From contig CBDUPA010000002.1 in the NCBI GenBank assembly GCA_965368975.1, forward strand, positions 320,001-384,000: a DNA stretch of 64,000 nt, written 5' to 3'. Source of the DNA: an uncultured bacterium (GTDB lineage: Bacteria; Acidobacteriota; Thermoanaerobaculia; Multivoradales; JAHZIX01). Position 1 is the stretch's first letter, and every line of letters starts with the position of its first letter. Below the pieces are notes generated by a model, which worked only from the letters and a program-made list of their open reading frames with translations, searched no databases and had not been told where the DNA came from. The position numbers and the translations under genes are program-made. Shown here piece after piece: positions 26,795 through 36,263 of the stretch.

Positions 26795-29700
26795 AACCGC
26801 AGGATCTCGACTGGTGGAGAGCGGATCTGTTGACAAAGTGTCAACACGTTTCTGGTACGCCTTCTCGTCCCAGGCATCCGCACACCACTCCCAGACGTTG
26901 CCGGCTTGGTCCAGGGTACCGAAGGGCCCAGCCCCCTGGGGATAGGCATCCACCGGCGTGGTCTTACCCACGTGGGCGTTCCAGTCGTCATCGGCAAAAT
27001 TTGCAACTTCAGGTGTTGGCTCGCCCTCACCCCACGGGTATTTTCGACCCTCTGGCCCACGCGCGGCCGCTTCCCACCGCGCCTCGCTCGGGAGTTCCAG
27101 CCCCGCCCACGCGCAGTAGGCCTGTGCCTCGTTCCAGCTCACGCCCACCACCGGTTGATCCGGCTGGTTGAACTGCTTGTCGTCCCAGATTTCCGGCTTC
27201 GGCTGGTCCGGCTTTGCCTCCAGGAACTCCTGGAACTGCGCATTGGTCACCGGGTACTTGCCGATCCAGTAGGGGCTGAGCCGCACTGCGTGGAAAGGCT
27301 TCTCGTCGTCGGTAATGTCATCAGCTCCCATCGGATACTCCCCACCGGGAACGAAGACCAGCACCGAACCGTCCTTCTCATGCACCCGCTCCTGCCCGGC
27401 CCTCGCCTCTTCCCCGCTACGCGCAGGTTCGGCGACCGGCCCCCCTGCAGGATGCGCCTCCTTGCCCAGCAGCTCCGCCGCCAGCCGCCGGACCGCCGCA
27501 GTCGCTTCCGCGTTCTCGGCCAGCCGGCCGACAATCTCGACACCGGATTCCTCGCCCACCCGAGCCTCTCGCCAGCCGCGCAATCCCCGCAGCGGGCGCA
27601 GCGCGTGGTAGCACTCGTCCGAGCTGTCCAGCCCGCGCTGCAGCGCTTCCAGGAACGGTAGCGGCGTGCTGACGTGTGCATCACGCAGGCAGTCATCGAC
27701 CAGAGAAGCGTCCTGCGCCAGCACGCCGGCACGCAAGCAGGCGTCCATCAGCGGCCGGAAGAGGGACGGCGTGCTCAGGCCCAGCGCTAGCAGGATCACC
27801 TCGCGCCACCACTTCTCCCCGAAGTGCTCGGCCAGTTCGTCCAGCCCGCCCGGTTCCCCCACGCGGTTCTGGAAATACAGAGCGCACAGATACTCCTGGA
27901 AGCTCAAGTGCAAGAAACCGTAGTTGCCCTCGCCCACTGCCACCAGAACGCCGCTCTGTTGCCGAATCTCCTCCAGCAAGCTGAGACCTTCTTCGGGATC
28001 GCGGCCCAGTTCGCGCAGAGGCTCGCGCAGCTGCTCGGCCAACTCGACGCCCGGGGCTTCCCGCTCTTCTGCGCGGTGCAGATAGTAAGCCAGCGGCTGC
28101 AGCAGGGTCATGGCTTCCTTGGCCGACAGGTCGATCCGTAGCCCCTTGGCGCCGCGCCAGGTTTCCAGCAGCACCATTACGCACTCTTCGTACAGGTCGA
28201 CGCGACGGCCCGGCAGGCTGCGACGGTCACGGTGGACGAGGCACAGGTTCTGCAGCATCAGCGGATTGGTGGCGAGCTTCCGCAAGCTCTCGGTGCGCGG
28301 ATCGTCGCCTTCGAAGATGTCGGCGCACAGGCGGTCGGCCTTGGCGTCGGCAGCGGCTTCCAGCTCGGCTTCGCCGTCCGTGGTGTCCACATCACCCAGC
28401 GTCGCCACCGCCTCGCCGACTCCTTCCAGGCGCTCGACCACCCGGTACCAATCGCGAATGAAACGCCGCGCCTCTTGCGGCTTCAAGTCCTGGACGTGCA
28501 GCTCCAGGAAGCGACCGCCCAGGCGGGCATCGCCTTGGTAGCCGGCGTAGCGACTGGTGACGACGAAGCGGCTGCGCGGGTACTGGTCCAGAGCCTTGTC
28601 CAGCCAGGCTGAAACGGCGGCACGCTCGCTCGGGTCGGCGACTTCGTCGAGGCCGTCGAGCAGCACCAGCAGGCCGCCCCGGTCACGCAGGTACTGCGCG
28701 AGCTTGCGGCAGCGCTCGGGACTCTCGGGGCCGTCGAGTTGGAAGCCCAGCGCCGCTTCGAGTGCGGCCGCGAAGCCGGCGGTGGGATCGGGCAGACGGC
28801 GCAGCTCGATCAGCACGGGGATGGTTTCCGCCGGCAAGCCGAGCGCCACCGGACCGGCCGGTTCGGTGGCCAGCTGGACGAAGTGCTTGAGCAGGGTCGT
28901 TTTGCCGCTGCCTGGATCGCCGAGCACAACGACGCCCGGTAGCTGGTAGCGCTGGGCGAGTTGCAGGGCTTGGTCGAAGGGAAGATCCCGGCGCTCGTCC
29001 TGTTGTTCCTGCGCCAACTTCCGCAGATCCCTGCGGCTGCGCACCTCACCGTGTTCTGCCTCGAACATGCTGTGCCGCACGTTGGCGCGCAGCGGCACGT
29101 AGACCTTCTCCAGCTCCAGCCCGACGCGCAGCTTGGTGACGAAGCCGGCCAGGCGCAGGTAGGCGTGCTCGGCGCGCAGGCGTTCCAGGTAGCGGGGCAG
29201 GGTTGGCGGGGCTTGTGCGGGAGGCGTCTTCGGCGCGGATGTCACCGGCTGAGCTTCGACTTCCTGAGAGCTGCTGGTTTCCAACTCCTTCAACCAGTTC
29301 AGCTGCAGCGGCCAGACGCCGTCTTCCGCATGCTTGGCCACCGGCCGCCGTACCCAGCCGCCACCGTCCGCATCAAAGCGACGCAGCCAGACCTCTCCTT
29401 GCCCTGCCATCGGCTTCAGACAGACCAGGCTGTAGCCGTTCTCGATCTTGGAGCCCTGATAGCACGCTGCCGCCGAAAAGACGACGTAGTTCCCGCCTTC
29501 CAGCGGCTCGACCCACTTTTTGTGCTCGTGGCCATGAAGCAAAAAACGAAAATCTTGTCGCAAGCCACGGCTGAAGTCGTTCTCTTCCGCCTCGACTAGC
29601 CAGTTCGGTGGATGATGTGCCAGCGCGATGCGGACATCGGCGGAGCGCAGCTCGGGGGCGAGCTTCTGCTGCTGCCAATCGCCCGCCATCCACAGCTGGC

Positions 29701-30289
29701 CCTTTTCGCCGTTGCGATGGCAGGACCAAGCGGAATTGAAACCACCGATGCCGACGCGCAAGCCGTCGAAATCGCGAATCGCCGTGTAGATCAGGTGCTG
29801 GGCGTGGTCAGCTGGCAGCAGGTGTTGATAACCGTGGCGGTTCAGCGCGTCGCGGTATGGCTTCAGCCGGACGGTGACCTGCTGCCAGTCGATACCGGCT
29901 TGCTGGACCATCTCGACGACGTCGGACAGCTCCTTCAATCCCGCTTGCCAGGTCTTGACCATGGTCGAGACCTGAGTGCGGTCGACGTCGTGGTTGCCCG
30001 GCACCAGGAAGACATTGGTCTTCAGCAGGGATGGCTCGAAGGCGGTCCGCACCGCCTCCAGGAACTTGAAGGCCACATCGAACTGGTCACGCAGGTTACG
30101 CCCCTCTTCCGGCCCCAGTTGCCCAAAGGCGAGATCCCCGGTGAAGAAGATCAGGTCCGGGCGCAATCCCTCGTCACGTTGTAAGCGTTGCAGGTCGTCG
30201 ACCAGCTTGCGCGTCACGCGTTCGGCATCCCAACCGTGCTTGGGATTGCAGGCGTGCAGATCAGAAAGGTGTAGCCAAGTCAGAAACAA
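26663..30289 (-). CDS. NLR-like protein: calcineurin-like metallophosphoesterase + NACHT NTPase + FGE-sulfatase (CLec-fold); putative DGR target
   Basis: LHLSDLH, TGDL, PGNHD, HHPP, LHGHEH; GDPGSGKTT, LLDGLDEV, VTSR, NPLML, FLHLSFQEY; GNVWEW...RVLRGGSW...GFRVC. Confidence 0.9.
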   Translation of the reverse strand: MFLTWLHLSDLHACNPKHGWDAERVTRKLVDDLQRLQRDEGLRPDLIFFTGDLAFGQLGPEEGRNLRDQFDVAFKFLEAVRTAFEPSLLKTNVFLVPGNHDVDRTQVSTMVKTWQAGLKELSDVVEMVQQAGIDWQQVTVRLKPYRDALNRHGYQHLLPADHAQHLIYTAIRDFDGLRVGIGGFNSAWSCHRNGEKGQLWMAGDWQQQKLAPELRSADVRIALAHHPPNWLVEAEENDFSRGLRQDFRFLLHGHEHKKWVEPLEGGNYVVFSAAACYQGSKIENGYSLVCLKPMAGQGEVWLRRFDADGGGWVRRPVAKHAEDGVWPLQLNWLKELETSSSQEVEAQPVTSAPKTPPAQAPPTLPRYLERLRAEHAYLRLAGFVTKLRVGLELEKVYVPLRANVRHSMFEAEHGEVRSRRDLRKLAQEQQDERRDLPFDQALQLAQRYQLPGVVVLGDPGSGKTTLLKHFVQLATEPAGPVALGLPAETIPVLIELRRLPDPTAGFAAALEAALGFQLDGPESPERCRKLAQYLRDRGGLLVLLDGLDEVADPSERAAVSAWLDKALDQYPRSRFVVTSRYAGYQGDARLGGRFLELHVQDLKPQEARRFIRDWYRVVERLEGVGEAVATLGDVDTTDGEAELEAAADAKADRLCADIFEGDDPRTESLRKLATNPLMLQNLCLVHRDRRSLPGRRVDLYEECVMVLLETWRGAKGLRIDLSAKEAMTLLQPLAYYLHRAEEREAPGVELAEQLREPLRELGRDPEEGLSLLEEIRQQSGVLVAVGEGNYGFLHLSFQEYLCALYFQNRVGEPGGLDELAEHFGEKWWREVILLALGLSTPSLFRPLMDACLRAGVLAQDASLVDDCLRDAHVSTPLPFLEALQRGLDSSDECYHALRPLRGLRGWREARVGEESGVEIVGRLAENAEATAAVRRLAAELLGKEAHPAGGPVAEPARSGEEARAGQERVHEKDGSVLVFVPGGEYPMGADDITDDEKPFHAVRLSPYWIGKYPVTNAQFQEFLEAKPDQPKPEIWDDKQFNQPDQPVVGVSWNEAQAYCAWAGLELPSEARWEAAARGPEGRKYPWGEGEPTPEVANFADDDWNAHVGKTTPVDAYPQGAGPFGTLDQAGNVWEWCADAWDEKAYQKRVDTLSTDPLSTSRDPAVRVLRGGSWASQAWHLRAAYRNRYGADDRNRYFGFRVCVSSSEL

Positions 30290-30306
30290 AGAATCTCAGG
30301 CCCCGT

Positions 30307-30346
30307 GCAGTGATGATGTAGCAGTGATGATGTAGCAGTGATGATG
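30307..30346. repeat. 14-bp tandem repeat (~2.9 copies) upstream of the NACHT gene
   Basis: gcagtgatgatgta gcagtgatgatgta gcagtgatgatg. Confidence 0.92.
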
Positions 30347-30419
30347 GAACTGTGCAGCATGATACCGGATGCGGCTTGGCCGCAGGCCCGGGGGAGAGTG
30401 ATATCCTCCCCGCCAGCTC

Positions 30420-31001
30420 ATGAAAACTTGGCTCGGCTTCGCGCGCGGCATCGACCGCTTGAATGACCTCGTTGGCCACGGCATCCGCTGGCTGGTGCTG
30501 GCGATGGTGCTGCTGGGCGCCTACAACGCGGTGGGGCGCTATGTCGGACGCTCGCTCGACCTACAGCTGAGTTCCAACGCCTATCTCGAGGCGCAGTGGT
30601 ACATGTTCAGCCTAGTCTTCCTGCTCGCCGCGGCCTATGCGCTCGGGCACGACAACCACGTACGGGTGGACGTGCTCTACTCGCGCCTGTCGCCGCGCGG
30701 ACGCCTGTGGATCGACCTGGTGGGCAATCTGCTCTTCCTGCTGCCCTTCTGCGTCTTCATGCTGTGGGTCTCGTGGCCCTCGGTGGCCAACTCGTGGAAG
30801 GTATGGGAGGGCTCTCCGGACCCCGGCGGCCTGCCGCGGTATCCGCTCAAGAGCATGATCTTGGTGGCTTTCGTGCTCATCCTGCTCCAGGGAGTGTCGC
30901 TGACGATCCAGAACATCGCACGCCTGCGTGGAATCCTGCCGTTCGAAGACGACGACTCTCCGATGGAACATGAGCCGCTGACGGACGGAGGGCACCTGTA
31001 G
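30420..31001 (+). CDS. dctQ: TRAP transporter small permease subunit
   Basis: EAQWYMF, HVRVDVLY, SPDPGGLPRYPLK; 4 TM helices. Confidence 0.9.
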   Translation: MKTWLGFARGIDRLNDLVGHGIRWLVLAMVLLGAYNAVGRYVGRSLDLQLSSNAYLEAQWYMFSLVFLLAAAYALGHDNHVRVDVLYSRLSPRGRLWIDLVGNLLFLLPFCVFMLWVSWPSVANSWKVWEGSPDPGGLPRYPLKSMILVAFVLILLQGVSLTIQNIARLRGILPFEDDDSPMEHEPLTDGGHL

Positions 31002-32323
31002 TGGAAGGCGACTGGATGGGGCCGCTGATGTTTGTGGTCGCCTTCTTCCTGATTTTCTCGGGATATCCGGTGGCCTTTTCACTCGGGGGCACAGCGCTGA
31101 TTTTCGCCGTTCTCGGGGTCGAGATGGGCTTCTTCGATTGGGGGCTGCTGTTCGCCATGCCGGAGCGCACGTTCGGCATCATGTCGAACTCGATCCTGCT
31201 GGCGGTGCCGTTCTTTATCTTCATGGGCACGGTGCTCGAGAAGTCGCGCCTGGCGGAAGATCTGCTCAAGACGATTGGCACGCTCTTCGGCCGTCTGCGC
31301 GGCGGGCTGGCGCTGGCGGTGGTTTTCGTGGGTGCGCTGCTGGCGGCGGCAACGGGCGTGGTGGGTGCGTCGGTGGTGGCGATGGGGCTGATCTCGCTGC
31401 CCGTGATGATGCGCTACAACTACTCGCCCGAGTTGTCGACCGGCGTGATCACCGCCGCCGGGACGCTGGGACAGATCATTCCGCCGTCTGTGGTGCTGGT
31501 GGTGCTGGCGGACCAGTTGGGAATCTCGGTGGGCGATCTTTTCGTCGGCTCACTGCTACCCGGTGTGATGTTGGCGGGCCTGTACGGGGTGTACGTCGCG
31601 GGTGTCGCCACGTTCCGCCCCGAAGCCGCACCGGCGCTGCCAGCGGAAGAGCGCAGCATGCCGGTTGGCCAGTTGCTCAAGCAGGTGGTGGTCGTGATGC
31701 TGCCGCCGCTGGTGCTGATCGTGCTGGTGCTGGGCAGCATCTTCTTCGGCATCGCGACGCCGACCGAGGCTGGGGCACTGGGTGCCGTCGGCGCGATGGG
31801 CTTGGCCTTGCTGCACCGCCGCCTGGACCGCAAGGCCCTCACCGCGACGCTGGATGAGACGACCAAGCTGACCACCATGGTGGTGATGTTGCTGATCGGC
31901 TCGACGGCGTTTGCACTGGTGTTCCGCGGTCTCTACGGCGACGTGTGGATCGAGGAGTTGCTGACCAACTTGCCGGGCGGTGTGATCGGTTTGCTGATCG
32001 TCGCCAACCTGACGATCTTCATTCTCGGCTTTTTCCTCGACTTCTTCGAGATCGCTTTCATCATCGTGCCGCTGCTGGCACCGGCCGCGCGCTTGCTGGG
32101 TATCGACATGGTGTGGTTCGGCGTGATGATCGGCATGAACCTGCAGACGTCGTTTCTGACACCGCCGTTCGGCTTCGCGCTCTTCTACCTGCGCGGCGTG
32201 GCGCCGAAGGAGATCCGTACGACGCAGATCTACCGCGGCGTCTTGCCGTTCATCGGCATTCAGATCTTCGGCCTGCTGATGCTGATTCTCTTCCCCGAGC
32301 TGGTCACGGCACTGCTGGACTGA
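31001..32323 (+). CDS. dctM: TRAP transporter large permease subunit
   Basis: GYPVAFSL, LAVPFFIFMG, GTLGQIIPPS, TPTEAG, LQTSFLTPPFG. Confidence 0.92.
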   Translation: MEGDWMGPLMFVVAFFLIFSGYPVAFSLGGTALIFAVLGVEMGFFDWGLLFAMPERTFGIMSNSILLAVPFFIFMGTVLEKSRLAEDLLKTIGTLFGRLRGGLALAVVFVGALLAAATGVVGASVVAMGLISLPVMMRYNYSPELSTGVITAAGTLGQIIPPSVVLVVLADQLGISVGDLFVGSLLPGVMLAGLYGVYVAGVATFRPEAAPALPAEERSMPVGQLLKQVVVVMLPPLVLIVLVLGSIFFGIATPTEAGALGAVGAMGLALLHRRLDRKALTATLDETTKLTTMVVMLLIGSTAFALVFRGLYGDVWIEELLTNLPGGVIGLLIVANLTIFILGFFLDFFEIAFIIVPLLAPAARLLGIDMVWFGVMIGMNLQTSFLTPPFGFALFYLRGVAPKEIRTTQIYRGVLPFIGIQIFGLLMLILFPELVTALLD

Positions 32324-32353
32324 CAGCACTGCTGGACTGGCGGCACTGCTGGA
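32307..32353. repeat. 17-bp tandem repeat (~2.8 copies) spanning the dctM stop codon
   Basis: cggcactgctggactga cagcactgctggactgg cggcactgctgga. Confidence 0.88.
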
Positions 32354-32407
32354 AGGTGCCTCTCGACGGAGCGGCACGCGGCAGGAACGCCGCTGCGGAA
32401 ACAAGCG

Positions 32408-33559
32408 TCAGGGTAGCGCGTCCGGCGGCACCGGGCCGGGCTCGCGGCCGATGCGGCGGGCGACGTACTCGGGGATGGGCCGCAGCCGTGGCGGCACGTC
32501 GAGACCGAAGAGGCCTCGATCCGATCTCTCGGTGACGACCGGCTCGGACGTTACCGGCTCGGACATCGCGGGTTCAGACGTCACGGCACGGAAGACACGT
32601 GCCGCGGGGATCTCGCTCAGGCCGAGCACTTGCAGGTAGCGAAAGTGGCGCGGCAAGACGTCACGCCACTGACCGGCACCGTGCACAGCGACCAGCTCGG
32701 CGTCGGCGGGACGGTACTCGGCATTGGGCGGTTCTAGACTGAAGTAGAGCAGCGCCCAGGGCAGATCGTCCGTGCGCAGGTCCAGCTCGACGTAGCCGCT
32801 GACCGGCTCACCCCAGTCCAGGGTGACGACGTTGCGCAGACGTGGGTGGGGCATGATCTCGACGGGCGCGCGCACGCTGGATGGAGTCGACAGGAAGATC
32901 TCCGACGGTGCGGCAGCTGCTGACGGCAAGCCCCAGCGGCCGGTGGGGGGGCGCCCCCAGAGCTGCGGCTTGGGATCGTTCTCGGTCGCCGTTGCGGCGC
33001 CAGCGGACACCAGGGGCAGCGGCAACCAGCCTCGCACCAAACCCAGCTGGTGCTGCTCTGCGACGTGCCAGCTACCGTCGGACACCAGTACCGTTTCGAA
33101 GTCGTCGTCCTCGCTGTAGCGAACCTGCAGACTCACCAGCAGCCCACCCTTGCCCCAGGTGCTGCGCACTTCGGCGTGCAGACGATTGTTGCCCGCACGT
33201 AGCAGGGGTGCCGGATCGTAGACGTCGAGCGGCGCACCAGCGCGGTAGCGGTTGGACCCGAGCCGCTGACCGTTGACGAAGACGACGTACTCTTCATCCC
33301 CGAGCAACCACAGGCGCGCGGCGGACGGCTGCGCCGGCAGTGCGAAGTCGCGCAGGGCGTAGAACGCCGACGGCACGGCTTGCTCCTCCGGCGCCGCGGC
33401 CCAGATCCAGCTGGCGTCGGCCACCGGTGAGTTCCAGGCAAGCAGCACCTGCCAGCCGCGATCGGCCACGGTGAACACCAGCACCGCGACGAAGAGCATC
33501 CATCCCCAGCGCCGAGCGTGACGCGGCAGGTCATCCTGGGCAGCAAGGTCTGGAGGCAC
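32408..33559 (-). CDS. Membrane-anchored hypothetical protein resembling non-catalytic N-terminal beta-sandwich domains of alpha-L-rhamnosidases
   Basis: ASWIW, RDFAL, GDEEYVVFVNG, LRAGNNRL, VSDGSW, LDWGEPVSGYVEL, FRYLQV; no catalytic barrel. Confidence 0.55.
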   Translation of the reverse strand: MPPDLAAQDDLPRHARRWGWMLFVAVLVFTVADRGWQVLLAWNSPVADASWIWAAAPEEQAVPSAFYALRDFALPAQPSAARLWLLGDEEYVVFVNGQRLGSNRYRAGAPLDVYDPAPLLRAGNNRLHAEVRSTWGKGGLLVSLQVRYSEDDDFETVLVSDGSWHVAEQHQLGLVRGWLPLPLVSAGAATATENDPKPQLWGRPPTGRWGLPSAAAAPSEIFLSTPSSVRAPVEIMPHPRLRNVVTLDWGEPVSGYVELDLRTDDLPWALLYFSLEPPNAEYRPADAELVAVHGAGQWRDVLPRHFRYLQVLGLSEIPAARVFRAVTSEPAMSEPVTSEPVVTERSDRGLFGLDVPPRLRPIPEYVARRIGREPGPVPPDALP

Positions 33560-33701
33560 TTCGGGAGGCTTGGAGTTGGCGTGAACGGGCAGGTGGTTCT
33601 CCTTGGAGGCAGCCGCGTGGGCGACACCGATGCTATCTCACAGCAGCCGTCTCACGGCAACACGATCGCCTGCTGGCGCGTGGAGGGACACTTCGGGGCG
33701 G

Positions 33702-35459
33702 CTACATGCGGCCGTGGCGCAGGATGGAAATCAGCAACCAGAAGCCCATCAAGGCGGCGACGACGAAGCCGACGAGACCGAAGAGCGAGATGTCGTAGAC
33801 CAGCGGCGGCGTCTTGGCCAGCACGACGATCGACGAACCGACGATCAGCGCGGCGAGGACCAGCGCGAAAGCCAGGCGATTGCTGATGCGATCGTAGGTC
33901 AGGGTCAGGCGGTCCAGTCCCAAGAGTTCGATGCCGGCGCGTGCCTTGCCGCTGCGCAACTGTCGCAGTACATCACGGCTGGCCAGCGGTAGTTCACGCG
34001 CGGCCTCCAGCGTCTCGGCACCGGCCTCGAACAGGTCCGCCGCCAGGCGCGCCGGGCGCCAGCGGTTCAGGTGGATACGGCGGATGAAGGGAGCGGCCTG
34101 TGAGACGATCTCGAAATCCGGATCGAGGCTGCGGCACAGGCCTTCGACGTTGGTCAGCGCCTTGATGGTCAGGAAAACGTCCGCCGGGATGGTCAAACGG
34201 TGGCGAGCTGCGACCTCCAGCAACTGCTGCAGCGCCTCGCCGATCTGCATTTCTTTGAGCGGCTGGTAGAAATGACGATCTGTGAGCGCCATGACGTCGC
34301 GTTGCAGCACGGCCTCGTCCGGCACTTCGTCGACCCGGCACAGGCCGAGCAGCGCCGCGGCGACTACCGATTCGTCGCGCTGCACGATGCCGGCGACCAG
34401 CGAGGCGAAGCTCTCGCGGCTGCCGCGGTCGAGCCGCCCCATGAGGCCGAAGTCGAGGTAGCAGACGACACCATCGGCCTGCACCAGCAGGTTACCTGGG
34501 TGTGGATCGCCGTGGAAGAAACCGTGGACGAAGAGCTGTTCCATGGTCAGCTCAGCGACCCGGGCGGCGACCTCGCTCGGTCGTGCGCTCGCCCTCGAGC
34601 CGGACTCCAGACTGGACCTGGAGCTGGAGCTGGAGCCGGAATCGAGTCCGAGTTCTCGCAGGCCCGCGCTATCGGACACTTTGACGCCCTCGACTCGCTC
34701 CATCACGAGCACGCGGTCAGTGGTCAGGCTCCGGTAGACCCGCGGTACCTTGACGCGCGGATCGCCGCGGAACTGCCAGGCGAAGCGCTCCAGGTGTGCC
34801 GCCTCTTGCAGGTAGTCCAGCTCGCGCTCCAGCGACACCGAGAGCTCGTCGACAACGCGCGTCGGCTGGTGAGTCTGCCAGCCCTCGAGGTGACGCTCGG
34901 CCAGCTGTGCCAGCTCGTGCATGATCTCGAGATCAACCTCGACCATCCGGCGCACCTTCGGGCGCTGCACCTTGACCACCACAGCCTCACCGGCAACGGT
35001 CGTGGCCGCATGTACCTGCCCGATCGACGCGGCCGCCAGCGGCTTCGGATCGAAGCTTGCGAAGGCCTCCTCCAGCGGCAGCTCCAACTCCGCCTCGACG
35101 ATGTCGCGCACCTCTTCGAAGGCGAAGGGCGGCACGGCATCCTGCAGCCGGGCCAGCTCGTGCAACAGCGCCACAGGCACCAGGTCGGGACGCGTGGACA
35201 GAAGCTGGCCGGCCTTGATGAACGTGGGGCCGAGGTCTTCCAGCAGCATGCGCAAGCGTTCCGCGGAACTGAGCGCATGCAATTCGCCGTCCCCAGAAGC
35301 CGACAAGCCGCGTCGCAGAATGCGATCCAGGTGCAGCTTGTCGAGCAGGTCCCCGTAGCCGTAGCGCAGCAGCATCCCGAGGATCTGACGGTAGCGCTGG
35401 ACGTGGCGGTAGGTGCGTCCGATGGCGTTGAGGCGGCGGGTTGGCATCGATTGCAGCAT
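33702..35459 (-). CDS. ABC1/UbiB/AarF family atypical kinase
   Basis: LGPTFIKAGQLLSTRPD, AAASIGQVHAA, VVKVQRP, FHGDPHPGN, LDFG; C-terminal TM helices. Confidence 0.92.
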   Translation of the reverse strand: MLQSMPTRRLNAIGRTYRHVQRYRQILGMLLRYGYGDLLDKLHLDRILRRGLSASGDGELHALSSAERLRMLLEDLGPTFIKAGQLLSTRPDLVPVALLHELARLQDAVPPFAFEEVRDIVEAELELPLEEAFASFDPKPLAAASIGQVHAATTVAGEAVVVKVQRPKVRRMVEVDLEIMHELAQLAERHLEGWQTHQPTRVVDELSVSLERELDYLQEAAHLERFAWQFRGDPRVKVPRVYRSLTTDRVLVMERVEGVKVSDSAGLRELGLDSGSSSSSRSSLESGSRASARPSEVAARVAELTMEQLFVHGFFHGDPHPGNLLVQADGVVCYLDFGLMGRLDRGSRESFASLVAGIVQRDESVVAAALLGLCRVDEVPDEAVLQRDVMALTDRHFYQPLKEMQIGEALQQLLEVAARHRLTIPADVFLTIKALTNVEGLCRSLDPDFEIVSQAAPFIRRIHLNRWRPARLAADLFEAGAETLEAARELPLASRDVLRQLRSGKARAGIELLGLDRLTLTYDRISNRLAFALVLAALIVGSSIVVLAKTPPLVYDISLFGLVGFVVAALMGFWLLISILRHGRM

Positions 35460-35485
35460 AGCAGCCGCGATACAATCAGCTCACC

Positions 35486-36214
35486 ATGAGCCGCGCTTCG
35501 ACCGACACCGCCGCTCTCACCAGCACGGTGGAGAACTACCTCAAGACGATCCTGGTCGAAGGCCTGCACCGGGACGACGACCTGGTGCCGATGGGGCAGA
35601 TCGCCTCGGCACTCGAGGTCGCGTCGGGCACCGTCACCGCCATGGTCAAGACACTGGCCGATGGCGGGCTGGTCAGCTACGAGCCGTACAGCGGCGTGCG
35701 CCTGACCCACGACGGTCGCCTGCTGGCCACGAGGGTCCTACGCCGCCACCGCCTGGTCGAGCTCTTCCTGGTGGAAGTGATGAAGATGGACTGGACCGAG
35801 GTCCACGACGAGGCCGAGCGACTGGAGCACGCGGTGTCCGACCGCCTGGTCGACCGCATGGACGAGATGCTCGGCCATCCGGACGTCGACCCGCACGGTG
35901 ACCCGATTCCGACCGCCCAGGGCGTGATGCCCGAGCGCGAGTACCAGACGCTGCTGACCTGCGGCAGCGCCCCGCAGCGCGTGGTGCGAGTGCGCGACCA
36001 GCAGGCCGACTTCCTGCGCCTGGTCGAGCGCCGCGGCCTGATGCCCGGCAGCGTCCTACGCTTGCTGCAGCGCGATCCCGCCGCCGAGACGGTCAGCCTG
36101 AGTCTGCCGGCCTCGGGCATGGGAACAAACGAGAAGCCGGCCGACGGTACCGGCGAGCGGACCGTCGACCTGGGTTTCGGGGCCGCCGCCAAGATCCTCG
36201 TCGAGCCGGCTTGA
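35486..36214 (+). CDS. DtxR/MntR family metal-dependent transcriptional regulator with FeoA-like domain
   Basis: VENYLKTI, RRHRLVELFL, HDEAERLEH, DPHGDPIP. Confidence 0.92.
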   Translation: MSRASTDTAALTSTVENYLKTILVEGLHRDDDLVPMGQIASALEVASGTVTAMVKTLADGGLVSYEPYSGVRLTHDGRLLATRVLRRHRLVELFLVEVMKMDWTEVHDEAERLEHAVSDRLVDRMDEMLGHPDVDPHGDPIPTAQGVMPEREYQTLLTCGSAPQRVVRVRDQQADFLRLVERRGLMPGSVLRLLQRDPAAETVSLSLPASGMGTNEKPADGTGERTVDLGFGAAAKILVEPA

Positions 36215-36263
36215 GGGGCGTGTGGTTCGGACTGTACGGGCTGGAGAGGGCCGCGAGCCGCGT

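Noticed and set aside
26095-27060. 321-aa minus-strand ORF as a real gene
   Set aside because: It is an alternate frame of the NACHT gene end and spacer; only the last ~80 codons look like protein (RT remnant)
30307-30346. CRISPR array (also considered for 11807-11909 and 32307-32353)
   Set aside because: Repeats are directly tandem, with no unique spacers and no cas genes
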